64,000 nt of DNA, from contig NC_087437.1 of NCBI RefSeq assembly GCF_036321535.1, positions 119,042,001-119,106,000 on the forward strand, given 5' to 3'. The notes beneath the pieces were generated by a model, which worked only from the letters and a program-made list of their open reading frames with translations, was not told the origin of the DNA and searched no databases. Each line of letters begins with the position of its first letter. Positions within the stretch are counted from its first letter, which is position 1. The translations under genes were made by a program, and so were the position numbers. This DNA comes from Camelus dromedarius (taxonomy: Eukaryota). Below are positions 26,155 to 38,129 of the stretch, one piece after another.

Positions 26155-28329
26155 GGTCAGCGAAAATAGTAAACAATCGTAATAAGAATAGAGAAGAGTT
26201 TTATTTCAGCCAAACTGAGGACCAGCCCGGAAGCCTGCTTCCCAGCCTCCTCCGAGAAACTGCTCCGGAGAAGCAGGGCTCCCAGCACAGCTTTGCGTCT
26301 TGTCAGAACAAAGCGCATTCGGCAAGTCAGGGATGTGTCCCTTCAAGGTTTCAACACACACACACACACACACACACACGTCAGCACAGACACACGCACA
26401 CACACACGTCAGCACAGACACACACACACACACACGTCAGCACAGACACACGCACACACACACGTCAGCACAGACACACACACACACAGTCAGCACAGAC
26501 ACACACACACACCACACACACGTCAGCACAGACACACACACACACACACGTCAGCACACACACACACACGTCAGCACAGACACACACACACACACGTCAG
26601 CACACACACACACACAGATCAGCACAGACACACACACACACACACACACAGATCAGCACAGACACACACACACACAGATCAGCACAGACACACACACACA
26701 CACACAGATCAGCACAGACACACACACACACACAGATCAGCACAGACACACACACACACAAATCAGCAGACACACACACACACGTCAGCACAGACACACA
26801 CACACACACACACAGATCAGCACAGACACACACACACACAGATCAGCACAGACACACACACACACACAGTCAGCACAGACACACACACACACGTCAGCAA
26901 GGACACACACACACACGTCAGCACAGACACACACACACACGTCAGCACAGACACACACACACACACGTCAGCACAGACACACACACACGTCAGCACAAAC
27001 ACACAAACACACACACACGTCAGCACACACACACACACGTCAACACAGACACACACACACACAGATCAGCACAGACACACACACACACACGTCAGCACAG
27101 ACACACACACACACACACAGATCAGCACAGACACACACACACACACAGATCAGCACAGACACACACACACACACACACAGATCAGCACACACACACACAC
27201 ACACACACAGATCAGCACAGACACACACACACACGTCAGCACACACACACACACACGTCCGCAGAGACACACACACACACACACACACGTCAGCACACAC
27301 ACACACACACGTCAGCACAGACACACACACACACAGATCAGCACAGACACACACACACACAGATCAGCACAGACACACACACACACACACACATCAGCAC
27401 AGACACACACACACACAGATCAGCACAGCCACACACACACACACACAGATCAGCACAGACACAAACACACACACAGATCAGCACAGACACACACACACAT
27501 CAGCACAGACACACACACACACACACAGATCAGCAGAGACACACACACACACACAGATCAGCACAGACACACACACACACACAGATCAGCACAGACACAC
27601 ACACACACACAGATCAGCACAGACACACACACACACACACAGATCAGCACAGACACACACACACACACAGATCAGCACAGACACACACACACACACGTCA
27701 GCACACTCACACACACACACGTCAGCACAGACACACACACACACACACGTCAGCACACACACACGTCAGCACAGACACACACACACACAGATCAGCACAG
27801 ACACACACACACACACGTCAGCACAGACACACACACACACACACAGATCTGCACAGACACACACACACACAGATCAGCACAGACACACACACACACACAC
27901 AGAGATCAGCACACACACACACACACACACACGTCAGCACACACACACACACACGTCAGCACAGACACACACACACACACAGATCAGCACAGACACACAC
28001 ACACACACACGTCAGCACAGACACACACACACAGAGATCAGCACAGACACACACACACACACACACATCAGCACAGACACACACACACAGATCAGCACAG
28101 ACACAAACACACACACAGATCAGCACAGACACACACACACACACGTCAGCACAGACACACACACACAAATCAGCACAGACACACACACACACACACACAC
28201 ACAGATCAGCACAGACACACACACACACAGATCAGCACAGACACACACACACACACAGATCAGCACAGACACACACACACACACACAGATCAGCACACAC
28301 ACACACACACACACAGACAGATCAGCACA

Positions 28330-28362
<33 letters not shown>

Positions 28363-28635
28363 CGAGTCAGTGCGGCCACCTGGGAAGGGGGTCTTACCAG
28401 CAAAGGAGGACCAGCTCAGGCTTCCTCAGAAGAGCGGCATTTCATCTTTAATTTTAACATGGGCCTTCTTTACTTCTGGTCAATGTGGCTTTTCCTTTAA
28501 TAATTAAAGAAGATGGACAGTGCATGTTCGATGGGCCATAAACAGGCTGTTTCAGTCAACATCAAATTCATGTGAACTCCTGTATAAGCCAGGATGCCTT
28601 CCCTATGTCTCAGCATGTGAACATTCCTTTTATCA
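26155..28635 (-). mobile_element. ERV1 (MER4-group-like) solo LTR split by a 2 kb tandem repeat
   Basis: Left end gtcagcgaaaatagtaaac...gagttttatttcagccaaactgagga resembles the reverse-oriented MER4-group LTR end, with minus-strand AATAAA at 26200-26205. The right end is ...ccttttatca. The non-repeat parts total ~470 bp, a normal LTR size. Confidence 0.6.
26354..28361. repeat. Compound micro/minisatellite: [G(A)TCAGCACAGA(CA)n] units, ~2.0 kb
   Basis: Directly visible. Roughly 70-80 units of ~20-35 bp, in which (CA)n tracts are punctuated by GTCAG or GATCAG, usually followed by CACAGA. Confidence 0.98.
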
Positions 28636-30058
28636 GGGCTCAGAGGGGCTGGAGGCAGCCAGGAGCGGGGCTGGCCGGCCCTCTGCAGCGGGGCCTGCGT
28701 CCCGGGCACCAGCCTCAGCCCGCAGGGGAGGCCGTGGGGAGCAGGGGGGTTACACTCAGGGGTGAAAACCTGGGCAGAAATACACTAACTTCTTCACAGA
28801 GCTCATCTCTGGTTAGTGGGCTCACAGGCGGTGTTTCTTTCCTAGTTCATACTTTTCTGTGTTTTCTAATTTGTTTCAACCAACATCGATTTCACAGAAA
28901 ATACTTTAATGATTCCAGTAACAATTGCTCTCTCCTCCTCGGCGCCTGAGTCCAAAAGGGCACCTTCTGCAGGCAGCGGGGAGGGGAGGGGTGGACGGCG
29001 GCAGCCCTGGGTCCTGGGCCGTGTGAATAATTAACCTCTTGACGGAGCCTCGGAGGGTCTGCTCCGGCTGCTGGGCTCCCAGGCCTGTGCGCTGCCTGGG
29101 TCCTAGGAACGGTCTTCGGGCCGGGAAGGATCTGGAGCCACCACCGGCCACCCTGGCCCTGGTTCTGTCCGCACACCCACCTCCCAGGGTGTCCGGCCCC
29201 CTCCCAACCCGAGGGGCTGCTCCCTGTCACAGAATCAAGTTCCTCCAGGACAGCTGGAAACCTGGCACCCGACTGTTTCCATTGCCAGGGGCCCCCACAG
29301 CCAGAACTGAGTCTTGGCATCTGAGGCTCATCTCCTCCAGGACCTCCCACAGGGACGGGGGACCCACCCCCTCCCCCTCGGGAGTTGCTGTCCCTGGAGC
29401 CTGAGCTCCTGGCTGACCCCGCGTGGGAGGCAGCCTAGAAGGTGGAGTCTGTCTGGCGAGCAGGTGCGTGCCAGGGGCGAGAGCCAAGCCTCTGATGTTT
29501 TGCACCCTCCCCTCCAGGGGTCCCCGGAGAGGAAGGTCCCTGTGTCTCCTTCACAAACCAGGCAGTTTGGCCCCCGGGCCCGTGGGGCTGGGGGGAGAGG
29601 AGGCCCCCTGGCATCCTTGCACCAGGGCTCTCTGAGGAAAAAGGTCCAGAGAAGCTAACAGACTTCCAGGGTCATGGAGCTGCAGGGTTCACACAAGCCC
29701 CTGTCCTCCACTGTGGTCACTCCCTGTCCCCTCCTCCATCCCCTGTCCCCTTCTCCCTCCCGTCCCCTCTCTGCCTGCCCTGTCCCCTTCCACCCTATAG
29801 TGACCTGTCCCCTCTCCTGGGCAGACAGATCAAGTCAGTCTCAGTGCTGTGTGAGTTCCTGAGCCGGGGAGAGACATCAGGCTGGAGCCGGGGTCTGGGA
29901 CATCTGGTGGGAGGGGGCGAGAGGTGACAGGGTTGATGTGAGGTGGGGGAGAAGGAGGGAGGGGGAGCAGGAGGAGGGGAGGGGGAGGGGGCGAGGATGG
30001 GGGGACCCCAGCAGCTCGTAAGTTAACTCAGAAGTGCCTGCGTCCCTTCAAAGGATGC

Positions 30059-30546
30059 TGCAACAGGGAAGAACAGATCTGACTCCATATTAGACCTTTG
30101 TGTTCTATTGCTTTTGCTTAAGAATGTGGCCTAGAGCCTGAAATATGTAGCCCATTCTCAAGGCTCTGACCTTCAACGGTAGAACACTTTTCCATTCATA
30201 CAGAGATAAAAAGTTGCAGAACAGAGAATGACATTTGTCATGTAAGTTCACAGGAACATTGTGACCAGACCTACATGGACAACTGCAAACCAAAGCATTA
30301 TCACGTCCCCGCCAGGGTCTGGTGGGCACCAACGAGTTTGCAACCACCAGCCACACCCCCTCCCCATTTCAGTATAAAAGGAGCCTGAATTCTAACTCAG
30401 GGAAGATGGTTCTCCAGGACATTAGTCCCCCATCTTCTCAGTCTGCTGCCTTTCCAAATAAAGTCATTATTCCTTGCCCCAATGCGTCGTCTCCTGATTT
30501 ACTAGCCTGTCGGGCAGCAAGAAGACAGAGTCTGGACCTGGTAACA
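30059..30546 (+). mobile_element. Solo ERV1 LTR (MER41-like)
   Basis: Termini tgcaaca...gtaaca, TATAAAA near 30373, AATAAA near 30457. It shares its R/U5 region with 1216-1623. No primer-binding site follows. Confidence 0.8.
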
Positions 30547-31379
30547 GCGCGATTTCTGGTGAGAGCAGCTGTGATGGGAACAGTGATTGAGAAAAGCAGT
30601 TTGAGAGCCAGTTCCCGGGCAGGCACCTTTGTGTGAGAGGACTGTGTGGGTGGCAGCCCTGCCACGTGCCCCCATAACTCAAGCAAAGGCTGCCGCCCAC
30701 GAGGAAATGAGGAAGGCCCAGGGTGAGCACAACCAGCCGAGGCACGTGTGTGCGGCGGGGACACAGCCACCGTCAGTTGCAGAAGCATGCCCCCTGGCAG
30801 AGTGTTCACATCATCCCAAAAGGAAAACGGAGACCACAAGGCAGTGTGTGGATTACAAACCCTTTCTTTTTGGAAATGTAAAGGATATGTACCCATCTGC
30901 TAAGAAGAGCGTCTGCAAGGTTGTTAACAAAATGTGACGTTGTCCTCTCTGGGCACTTCCGAAGACTGGCTGCAGGAAACGCAGGGCCCAGCAGCCCCAA
31001 ACTCAAGCCCCCAGGATGGAGAGGGGCCCATCTAGGGGGCTGTGTTCATGAGGAAGAACAGGTGTCCTGAAGCTCTTGCTAGGTCCTGACCACTGACTCT
31101 GGTGGGCACCTCTTTCCAGATTGTTCCAGGAAAAGTGCAAGGGCAGGATCTCAGAGCCCACTCCTCCCTCATTCCCCAGGGCCTGGGGGGCAGCCTCGCT
31201 CGTGTGTCTACTCTTGCGAAGGGCTCAGTCCTGCCTCACGGGAACTGCGCGGACCAAATGTGGGTGTAGAAGCATGTGTGTGTGAGAGTCAATGTGTAGT
31301 GTATGTACACGTGTGTGAGTGTGTGCATGTGTGTGAGTTGGAGGGGTGGAAAGGGACATAGGTCATCAGCTGCAGAGAC

Positions 31380-31750
31380 TGGACACTTCAGGTCCAGACA
31401 CCCTGCCCCCTGCTTCATTTGTTTTTATGTGCTTGAATGTCCAGCAGTGGCTGGGTGACTCTGTCTGGCCAATGATCAGGAAGGTGAAGTCACGGAGGGC
31501 TTCTGGATGAGGTGATAAAAGAGCTATGAGAATAGCCCTTTGCCACCTGCCCCTCCCTGCACTGGGTGTTGTCCTAGGAGGATGTGATGCCTGGAGCCCC
31601 TGCAGCCATCTTGCCACTGTGGAGAAAGCCAAGAAAACCTCACCAACTCAGTGCCCTCCCAACACAGTTTATAAGACAACAGAAAGCATTGCTTTAGCTT
31701 CTGAGAGTTAGAAATTCTACTATTCATGGCCAAAAGCATCCTAACCACAG
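31380..31750 (+). mobile_element. Old MaLR LTR fragment (MLT1K-like)
   Basis: gatgtgatgcctggagcccctgcagccatcttgccactgtg ... ccaaaagcatcctaacc motifs. Confidence 0.5.
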
Positions 31751-33747
31751 CACTGTCAATGACAAGAGCCATTCTACTGACGTTTAAATAAAGGACCAGG
31801 AGGCCAGCTTCATCGTTTTGGGTAGAAGTTGGCTGAGACCTGGCCTGACACCTTCATACCAAGGTGCTATAAATGAAAACTTTGCCCCTTGACCTGCCCG
31901 CAGCTCCCAGTTCCCACAGGGCCATTCTATTTGTGAACTGATTCCCGGTTCCTATGGAGACGGGACACCTGCAGTGGAGGCGGACCTTCCAGTAGGGTTG
32001 AAAGTTCAGCCCTGGGGGTGGGGTGTGGGAAGGAGCATTCATCTGGCCCTTCCCTCTAATGGCCTGTTTGTTATTGTTTGCACACCTTGGGCTCCTCACT
32101 AACTCTTTCCCCAAGGGTGGGGCCACGGCCCTGCCCGGGGCCACTTTCCTTGTCTTCACACTCCCTTTCCTTCTGACTCCTGGGTGACCCTCTGCAGGGG
32201 CCGGGCAGCCCCCAGGGCAGAGATGGACGCTGGCTCAGCACCCCTGGGATGAGCGAGGAGGGGTCAAGGGGAAGCCTGCCCCCGATTTCGCCCTCGCAGG
32301 AGTGGACCTGGGCAGCAGGGCTGGAGGTGTAAAGGTTCTCCTTCTGGAACTCTCCGACCTTAAAGGCCTACCTCTAAGCCACTCAGCAGGTGCGCGGGCA
32401 CGCGGAAACACTCGGGAGGCACGCACTGAATACGCCGTCCACCCTGCTGCTCCGCACGCAGGAGAAGCCCTCAGAGCATCTTATGGGCCAACGATCAGGT
32501 CTCGACTTGGCCTCATCTAATCACTTGTTCTTTCTCTCCTCCTTTTTCTCCTCGCCGCCCCAACCTTCCACCATGTCCTCCGTCCATCTGCCCAGCACCT
32601 GCCAGAGGGGACAAGACCCTTCTCTTGATGGCGGGGCAGGGGAGGGTACCGCCTGTTACGAGATTCTTTGGTAATTTGGGGAGAGGTGTCTGGAGACATC
32701 GTCACTGGTTCCTTCAGAGCAGACGCACAGGGAAGTACAGAATCAAGCCCGTCAGGCCCTGAGGCTGACAGTGAGGAAGGGCGTCCTCCTACGGGGTCCG
32801 GGGGGGCCCGTCACACCTGGACGCGGGGCTGGGAGGCTTCCTGGAGAAAGTTGCCCTGACTGGGTGGAGGAGGAGGAGGGCGGGGCAGCCAGCCTGGCAG
32901 GAAGGCCCAGGAGGAGGGGAACAGATGTGCAAGTGGGGCCACTGGACCCTCAGGGGCTGGCAGTGACGTCCAGGGTGGTGACCAGATACGGGGCCAGAAA
33001 CAGGCCAGAGGGAGCGGCCTTCCCGGGGGTCAGATGGGCCAACAAGGGGTCTGAGGGGGCTTCAGGCCTGGGAGTGAGAGTCACAGTCCTTTAGAGGCTG
33101 CTGATTGCTGACAGAGGGCGAGATGGAAGGAGGCCTGGAGCCCCTGAGCCTCTCAGAGGGACACTCCCGGCTGGCGTCCTGAATTAACCCCATGAGCTAA
33201 TTCGTGCCAAGAGCAAGGAAGAGGCCAAAGTCCCTGCCGCTGGGCAGGAAACAGGTGCCCTTGGCCGAGGGAGGAGCTGAATGCTCATGGCCAGCCTGGC
33301 CGCGCCCTTCATACGGTCCACCAGGAACCTAGGGGGCTCCGGCCAACGCCGTTGTGTGGCCCGCACTCTCCTGACTCCCTCCTTGAGATCTCCCGGGGTC
33401 TGACTCCACTCCCGGGGGCTTTGTCCCTGTCCCAGTGCTCTTGGGGGGCTGGCATCCTCTGCAGACGGGGCCATGTCTCCTGGGACTCTGTCACCTTGCA
33501 CCTCCCCTAAAGTCCTTGGCCCCAGAATGGTGGCCAAAGACAAAAAACAAGCAACTTACCAAGCTGAAGAGAATCCTGTTCCCCTTGTTTTATGTCTAGT
33601 TTTGCAAATGGCGAAGCATGGTGTCTTTGTACCGCAAGAAATGTTAATGTCTTTGCTAATAGAGTTATGGCACCTGTGGGCTGCAGTAACACCTGTGGAA
33701 TAAACGAGAGAAATCCAAATTCTGAAGTACTTAAAAACAAAGTTTAA

Positions 33748-34022
33748 GGGCGAGGAGAGATAAATTAGGAGTTGGGGATTAACAGATACACGCTACTATT
33801 ATATATAAAATAGACAAACAGCAAGGATCTACTGTACAGCACAGGGAACGATATTCAGCATCTTGTAGCAATCCATTACGGAAAAGAATATGAAAAGGAA
33901 TATATATACACATGTATAACTGAATCACTTTGCTGTGCACCTGAAACTAACACAACATTGTAAATCAACTATATATACTTAAATAAAACCAAAAAACCCC
34001 AAAATATTAAAAATTAAAAAAC
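33748..34022 (+). mobile_element. 5'-truncated L1 3' end
   Basis: gataaattaggagttggggattaacagatacac...tgaatcactttgctgtgcacctgaaactaacacaacattgtaaatcaactata plus an A-rich tail. aaaacaaa(aa)gttt occurs on both flanks. Confidence 0.88.
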
Positions 34023-34078
34023 AAAAAGTTTTATACTTGTCAAACAACGAACAATTGCTAGGAAGGTGTTGTATAAGT

Positions 34079-34402
34079 GGGGTTGCCAGATGACATTCAA
34101 AGGCACCCAACTAAATGTTAATTTCAGATAAACAACCATTTTTCAGTGTAAGTAGTCATAAAGTACAAATGATAAATATTCGTAAATCGTTCGTCAATTG
34201 GTGTAAGCCCCATGCAATATTTGGGGTATATTTATGTTAGAAATGATGACTCCTTTTTTCAATAAAAATTTCAAATGAAATGTTAGTGAAGTTGAGAATT
34301 GTAAATGTTAACAAAAAATTTAATAAACTGAGCTATGGATAACTTTTTAGTGCTAGTGTGTTTCATGCAATATTTGTCATATATTTACATGAAAAAATGA
34401 TC
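34079..34402. mobile_element. MER53-like hAT MITE remnant
   Basis: Starts gggttgccagat...cacccaactaaatgttaatttcagataaacaac. The central catgcaatattt motif occurs twice (~34211, ~34364). Confidence 0.65.
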
Positions 34403-35054
34403 TTGGGCAGTAACTTTGTCTCCCTGGGGCCTCAGTCTTTTCATCTATGAAAGGCCAGCACTGGCACCCACCTCCCATCCCCATTTAGTCGGGACCAACA
34501 GGGCGCCCAGCTCCTCCTCATCCCCTGGGAGCAGTGACACTGGCCCCGGTTTTAACCAACAAGGTCAGGACAGTCGGCCCCTGGCTGCAATGCCCTGACT
34601 CAGAAAGACCCTGAAAGCCTCCTCCAAGGGGCACTGGGAGCTCTTCCCCTGGGCTGAAAGCGGAGTAAGAGCCAGGATGTGAGTGGGGACAATGGGGAGG
34701 CCACCAGGAAGGTGGAGCCACCCCAGGAAGGCTGTGCTCAGGTAGGTCGAGGAGATAATTTCCTGTGGCAGGTCCCAACAGGCATCGCTGGCTATGATAA
34801 ATGAAGGGGAAATGTGCTCAGATAGGCAGAAGCCGTTTCCTGTGACTTGGCGTCCCCAGCGGCCATGTGCTTGTCTGTATTAACTTCTTCCCTTCTGATG
34901 TTCCATCTCCAGAGAGGAAGCCTGGCCAGGCCCCTGGTGGGGTGCCAGAACAGCCTGCACCCCTGGGGAAGCCAGCACCCTAGGTCCCCTGAGCTTGAGC
35001 CTGGCGATGCTGGGTGGCCCTTAGCACCCAGTGCTGCTGGGAAGAGGAAGGGAA

Positions 35055-35450
35055 TGTGATGGGCTGATTTTATGTGTCAGCTTGGCCGGGCTGTGGTGCC
35101 CAGACATCTGGTCCAACATTATTCTGAATGTTACTTTGAGGGTGTTTTCAGATGAGAGTACCATTTAAATTGGTGGACTTGGAGTAAAGCAGACTGCCCT
35201 CCATAATGTGGGTGGGTCTCGTCCAATCAGTTGATGGATTTAATAGAACAAAAGGCTGTCTTCTCCCAAATAAGAGGGCTACTGCAGCAGGTCACCCTCA
35301 GACTTGAACTGGGCCTCCAGCCACCTGGCCCGCCCTGAGGGACTGGGACTTGCCAGCTTCTATAGTCACACATGCCAGTTCCTTACAATCAATCTCCTAC
35401 TTTGTATCTCTCCACATCCTATTGTTGCTTTCTCTGGAGAGCCCTGACGG
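35055..35450 (+). mobile_element. ERVL LTR (MLT2-like)
   Basis: tgtgatgg...ttttatgtgtcagcttggc...gagtaaagcagactgccctccataatgtgggtgggtctcgtccaatcagttga...tttctctggagagccctgac. Confidence 0.88.
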
Positions 35451-36044
35451 ACACAGGGAGCATCAGGCCTGCCCCCGCCCCTGCCCATTCACCCAGGACT
35501 GGGAGGAGCAGACAAGCATCATACACACAGCTCCCCAGGCTCGGCTGGAGCTGGGAGAAGCCCTCTGGAGGGGTCAAATTTGGGCCAAACAACTCAGCAG
35601 AGCCCACAGAGCCCCCACCCGCTCCTGCGTGTGCCAGCCCCGCCCCTCCACCTCGGCTCGCCGTGGCCAGGGCGTGAAGATCGTTCCTGCCACAACCAGT
35701 CATAGCCAGGAAACTCCAGCCAGCCTCTCGCACCCACAATGCTTCACACCGCCCTGACCTCCTGTGATTTCTTGGAAGTGTCTTTGTTCTGCTGTTTGGA
35801 AGCACTCCTGCAGAAATGTGGTTTCCAGGGCCCATGGCCTGAGCTGTCCCCTTCCCAGGAAGATGTGTCCTCTGCATGGAGAGTCACCTGGGGAGGGAGC
35901 CCTGCCAGCCAGGATGGAAATGGCAGAGGGCAGGGTCGGGGTGGGGACACCGGCTCAAGTCCTCAGGTGAGCTGCTCCACTGCCCACATTGTTAGCAGGT
36001 TCTGGTGGCCGTGGGGCTTGCTTCTCTTGAGGAATCAATTTCTT

Positions 36045-36610
36045 TTCCATTTATTGAAGTGACGAATGCAACATTAAACGAGCCACTTCAGAGTCAGCGG
36101 TCAGGAGCATCTAGGACATTCACTATGTTGTGTGGCCATGGCGTTTCCCTCCCTCCAAAGCAAAACCTGGACCCCCTAGGCAGTTTCTCCCCAGCCCCAC
36201 CCCTCAGTCCTGACTCTCATTGGTCTGTCACTGCATTTGCCTGGATGGGACCTTTCATATCCATGAATCACTGGAATATTGATTTCAGATCAGTGGAATT
36301 TCGAAATGGAATTTCATATCAATATTGATTTCACAGCAATGGAAAATCAGCAGAACTTTCATGTCCGTCATCTTTCCCAAAGCACAGTGACTTAGAGGCT
36401 CATCCCCGTGGTAGCAGGCACCCATGCTTCCTTCCTTTTATGTCTGGGTAATATCCGCTGTGTGTAGACACTACAGCGTGTTCATCCAGTCACCTGCTGA
36501 TGGGCTTGGGGTTGCTTCCTGTGCTGATTGTGGACGTGCAGCTCTGAGCACGGGTGTGCTTACACTTACCTGAGTCCCTGTTTGCAGCTCTTTGGGTAAA
36601 TGCCACCAGC
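36045..36610 (-). mobile_element. Old L1 3' fragment
   Basis: Antisense L1 motifs (acattcactatgttgtg, ggctcatccccgtggtagca, gttcatccagtcacctgctgatgg). Confidence 0.7.
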
Positions 36611-37364
36611 AGGTCTTCAGAGCTCATGGAACTTTGGACCCTCAGCTTTTAGGCCTCACAGCTTGACCCAGGGCACATGGTCGGGAGCAGCAGGCCAGGC
36701 CTGGGACCAAGGTCTCCGGACGGGGCGCCATGCTTTCTCCCTGCAGGGGCCGCCATGACGGTAAAGGTCTCCAGGAAGGGAATGGAAAGTGGTCCACTCG
36801 CCCGAGGAGCTGGGGCAATGCCCACTAGGCCAGGCTGCAGGCCGTGCGGTCGGAGGTGGGGCCCAGTTGCTTGCCACGGCGCAGCAAGGCCACACGAAGT
36901 AACCAGGCTGTCCACGTGCCGGGGCAGCTAGAGGGAACCCGGTTAGGGCCTCTGAGGGAGATCAAGGCTCCGGCCGCCCACAGACAGAGGCAAAGCCCAA
37001 GTCTGGGTGGAGGGAGGGAGGGCAGCAGGAGAAACAGGCTCACTGGGGAAGCCCCACCCAGTTACTCAGCGCCAGGTAAACATCGATTATTCCATTATTC
37101 CTACTCGGGGCTAAAGGGATGAGAAGGAAAGTTCCCCAGTCACGCCACCTTCCCCAGAAGCCGCCACGAGCCTTTGAGGGGTTGTTTGCCTGCAAAGGAA
37201 AATCTATGGGGTTAATTACAGTCAGTCGACCAGGTCTCATTCAGTGGACGGTTGATGGGCTGGGACATCACTCCTGGGCATCTTCTATTCTCCCTTGTGA
37301 TAGCTGGGAGGTTCTCAATACCAGCTCAGACACTGGTATTTAGGAGATGCTGAAGAGTGCCTCT

Positions 37365-37517
37365 TTTTGTTTTGTTTTGGGTTCTTTTTAGGGGGTGGGG
37401 AACGGGAGGGGAGATACTTACGTTTATTTATTTTTTTAAGTGGAAGTACTGGGGGTCGAACCCAGGACCTTGTGCATGCTGAGCATGCGCTCTGCCACTG
37501 AGCTACACCCTCCCCCC
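37365..37517 (-). mobile_element. tRNA-derived SINE (Vic-1-like)
   Basis: ggaagtactgggggtcgaacccaggaccttgtgcatgctgagcatgcgctctgccactgagctacaccctcccc with a T-rich tail. Confidence 0.9.
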
Positions 37518-38129
37518 TGCCCCCACGAGAGAGCTTGTTGAATTGATGCTGAAACTCAGGGCAGCTGCCCTGAAAGGTGGAAGCAGACCCCCTGGGTTCC
37601 TGCAGTTTGGGATTCCTCAGAGAGGTCTCCCAGGGCGACTTTTGGCTCATCCCCAAGCCCCCTGGGGCCTCCCCTCAGCAAACAAACCCGTGTAGACAGT
37701 GTTTTCAGACTCTTTCATGTGAGTTTGTGTGTTTTTTAAAAGTCAAATCGGTAAAAATCCACAGGGTGAAAAAGTAAAACACTCAAGACAAGGAAACGGC
37801 GTACAGCTGTCCCCTGCCCTCCTCGTTGCCCACCGCCCAGATGCAGTTCTCACTGCGGGGCGGCCACGTTCAAATCTCTCAGCTCTCTCTTTTGTGTTCA
37901 GCCCATCACATGCTTACACTGTGGTGTCTTTGTCTTTTCTGTTTGATGTTTAATGTTCATTGCTGACTGGTAGAAGATGGAGATTTAGCTCTTTCTCAAC
38001 AACTCCACCCACACCCACATCCACCCGGTGTAGTTATGTCCTCACCCACAATGAAATCAAAATTCACTGTTTATACATCACTATGACTAGGTCCATAGGA
38101 TTGGACCCACCCCTTTCCTGGGTGGACCA

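Noticed and set aside
26354..28361. CRISPR-like repeat-spacer appearance
   Set aside because: The spacers are only (CA)n rather than unique sequences, there are no cas genes, and the context is mammalian.
26085..28507. Three overlapping 735-788 aa His/Thr-rich ORFs on + and Cys/Val-rich ORFs on -
   Set aside because: They are translations of the CA-based repeat, which cannot form stop codons on the plus strand. All three frames are open and the starts are non-ATG, with no sign of coding constraint.
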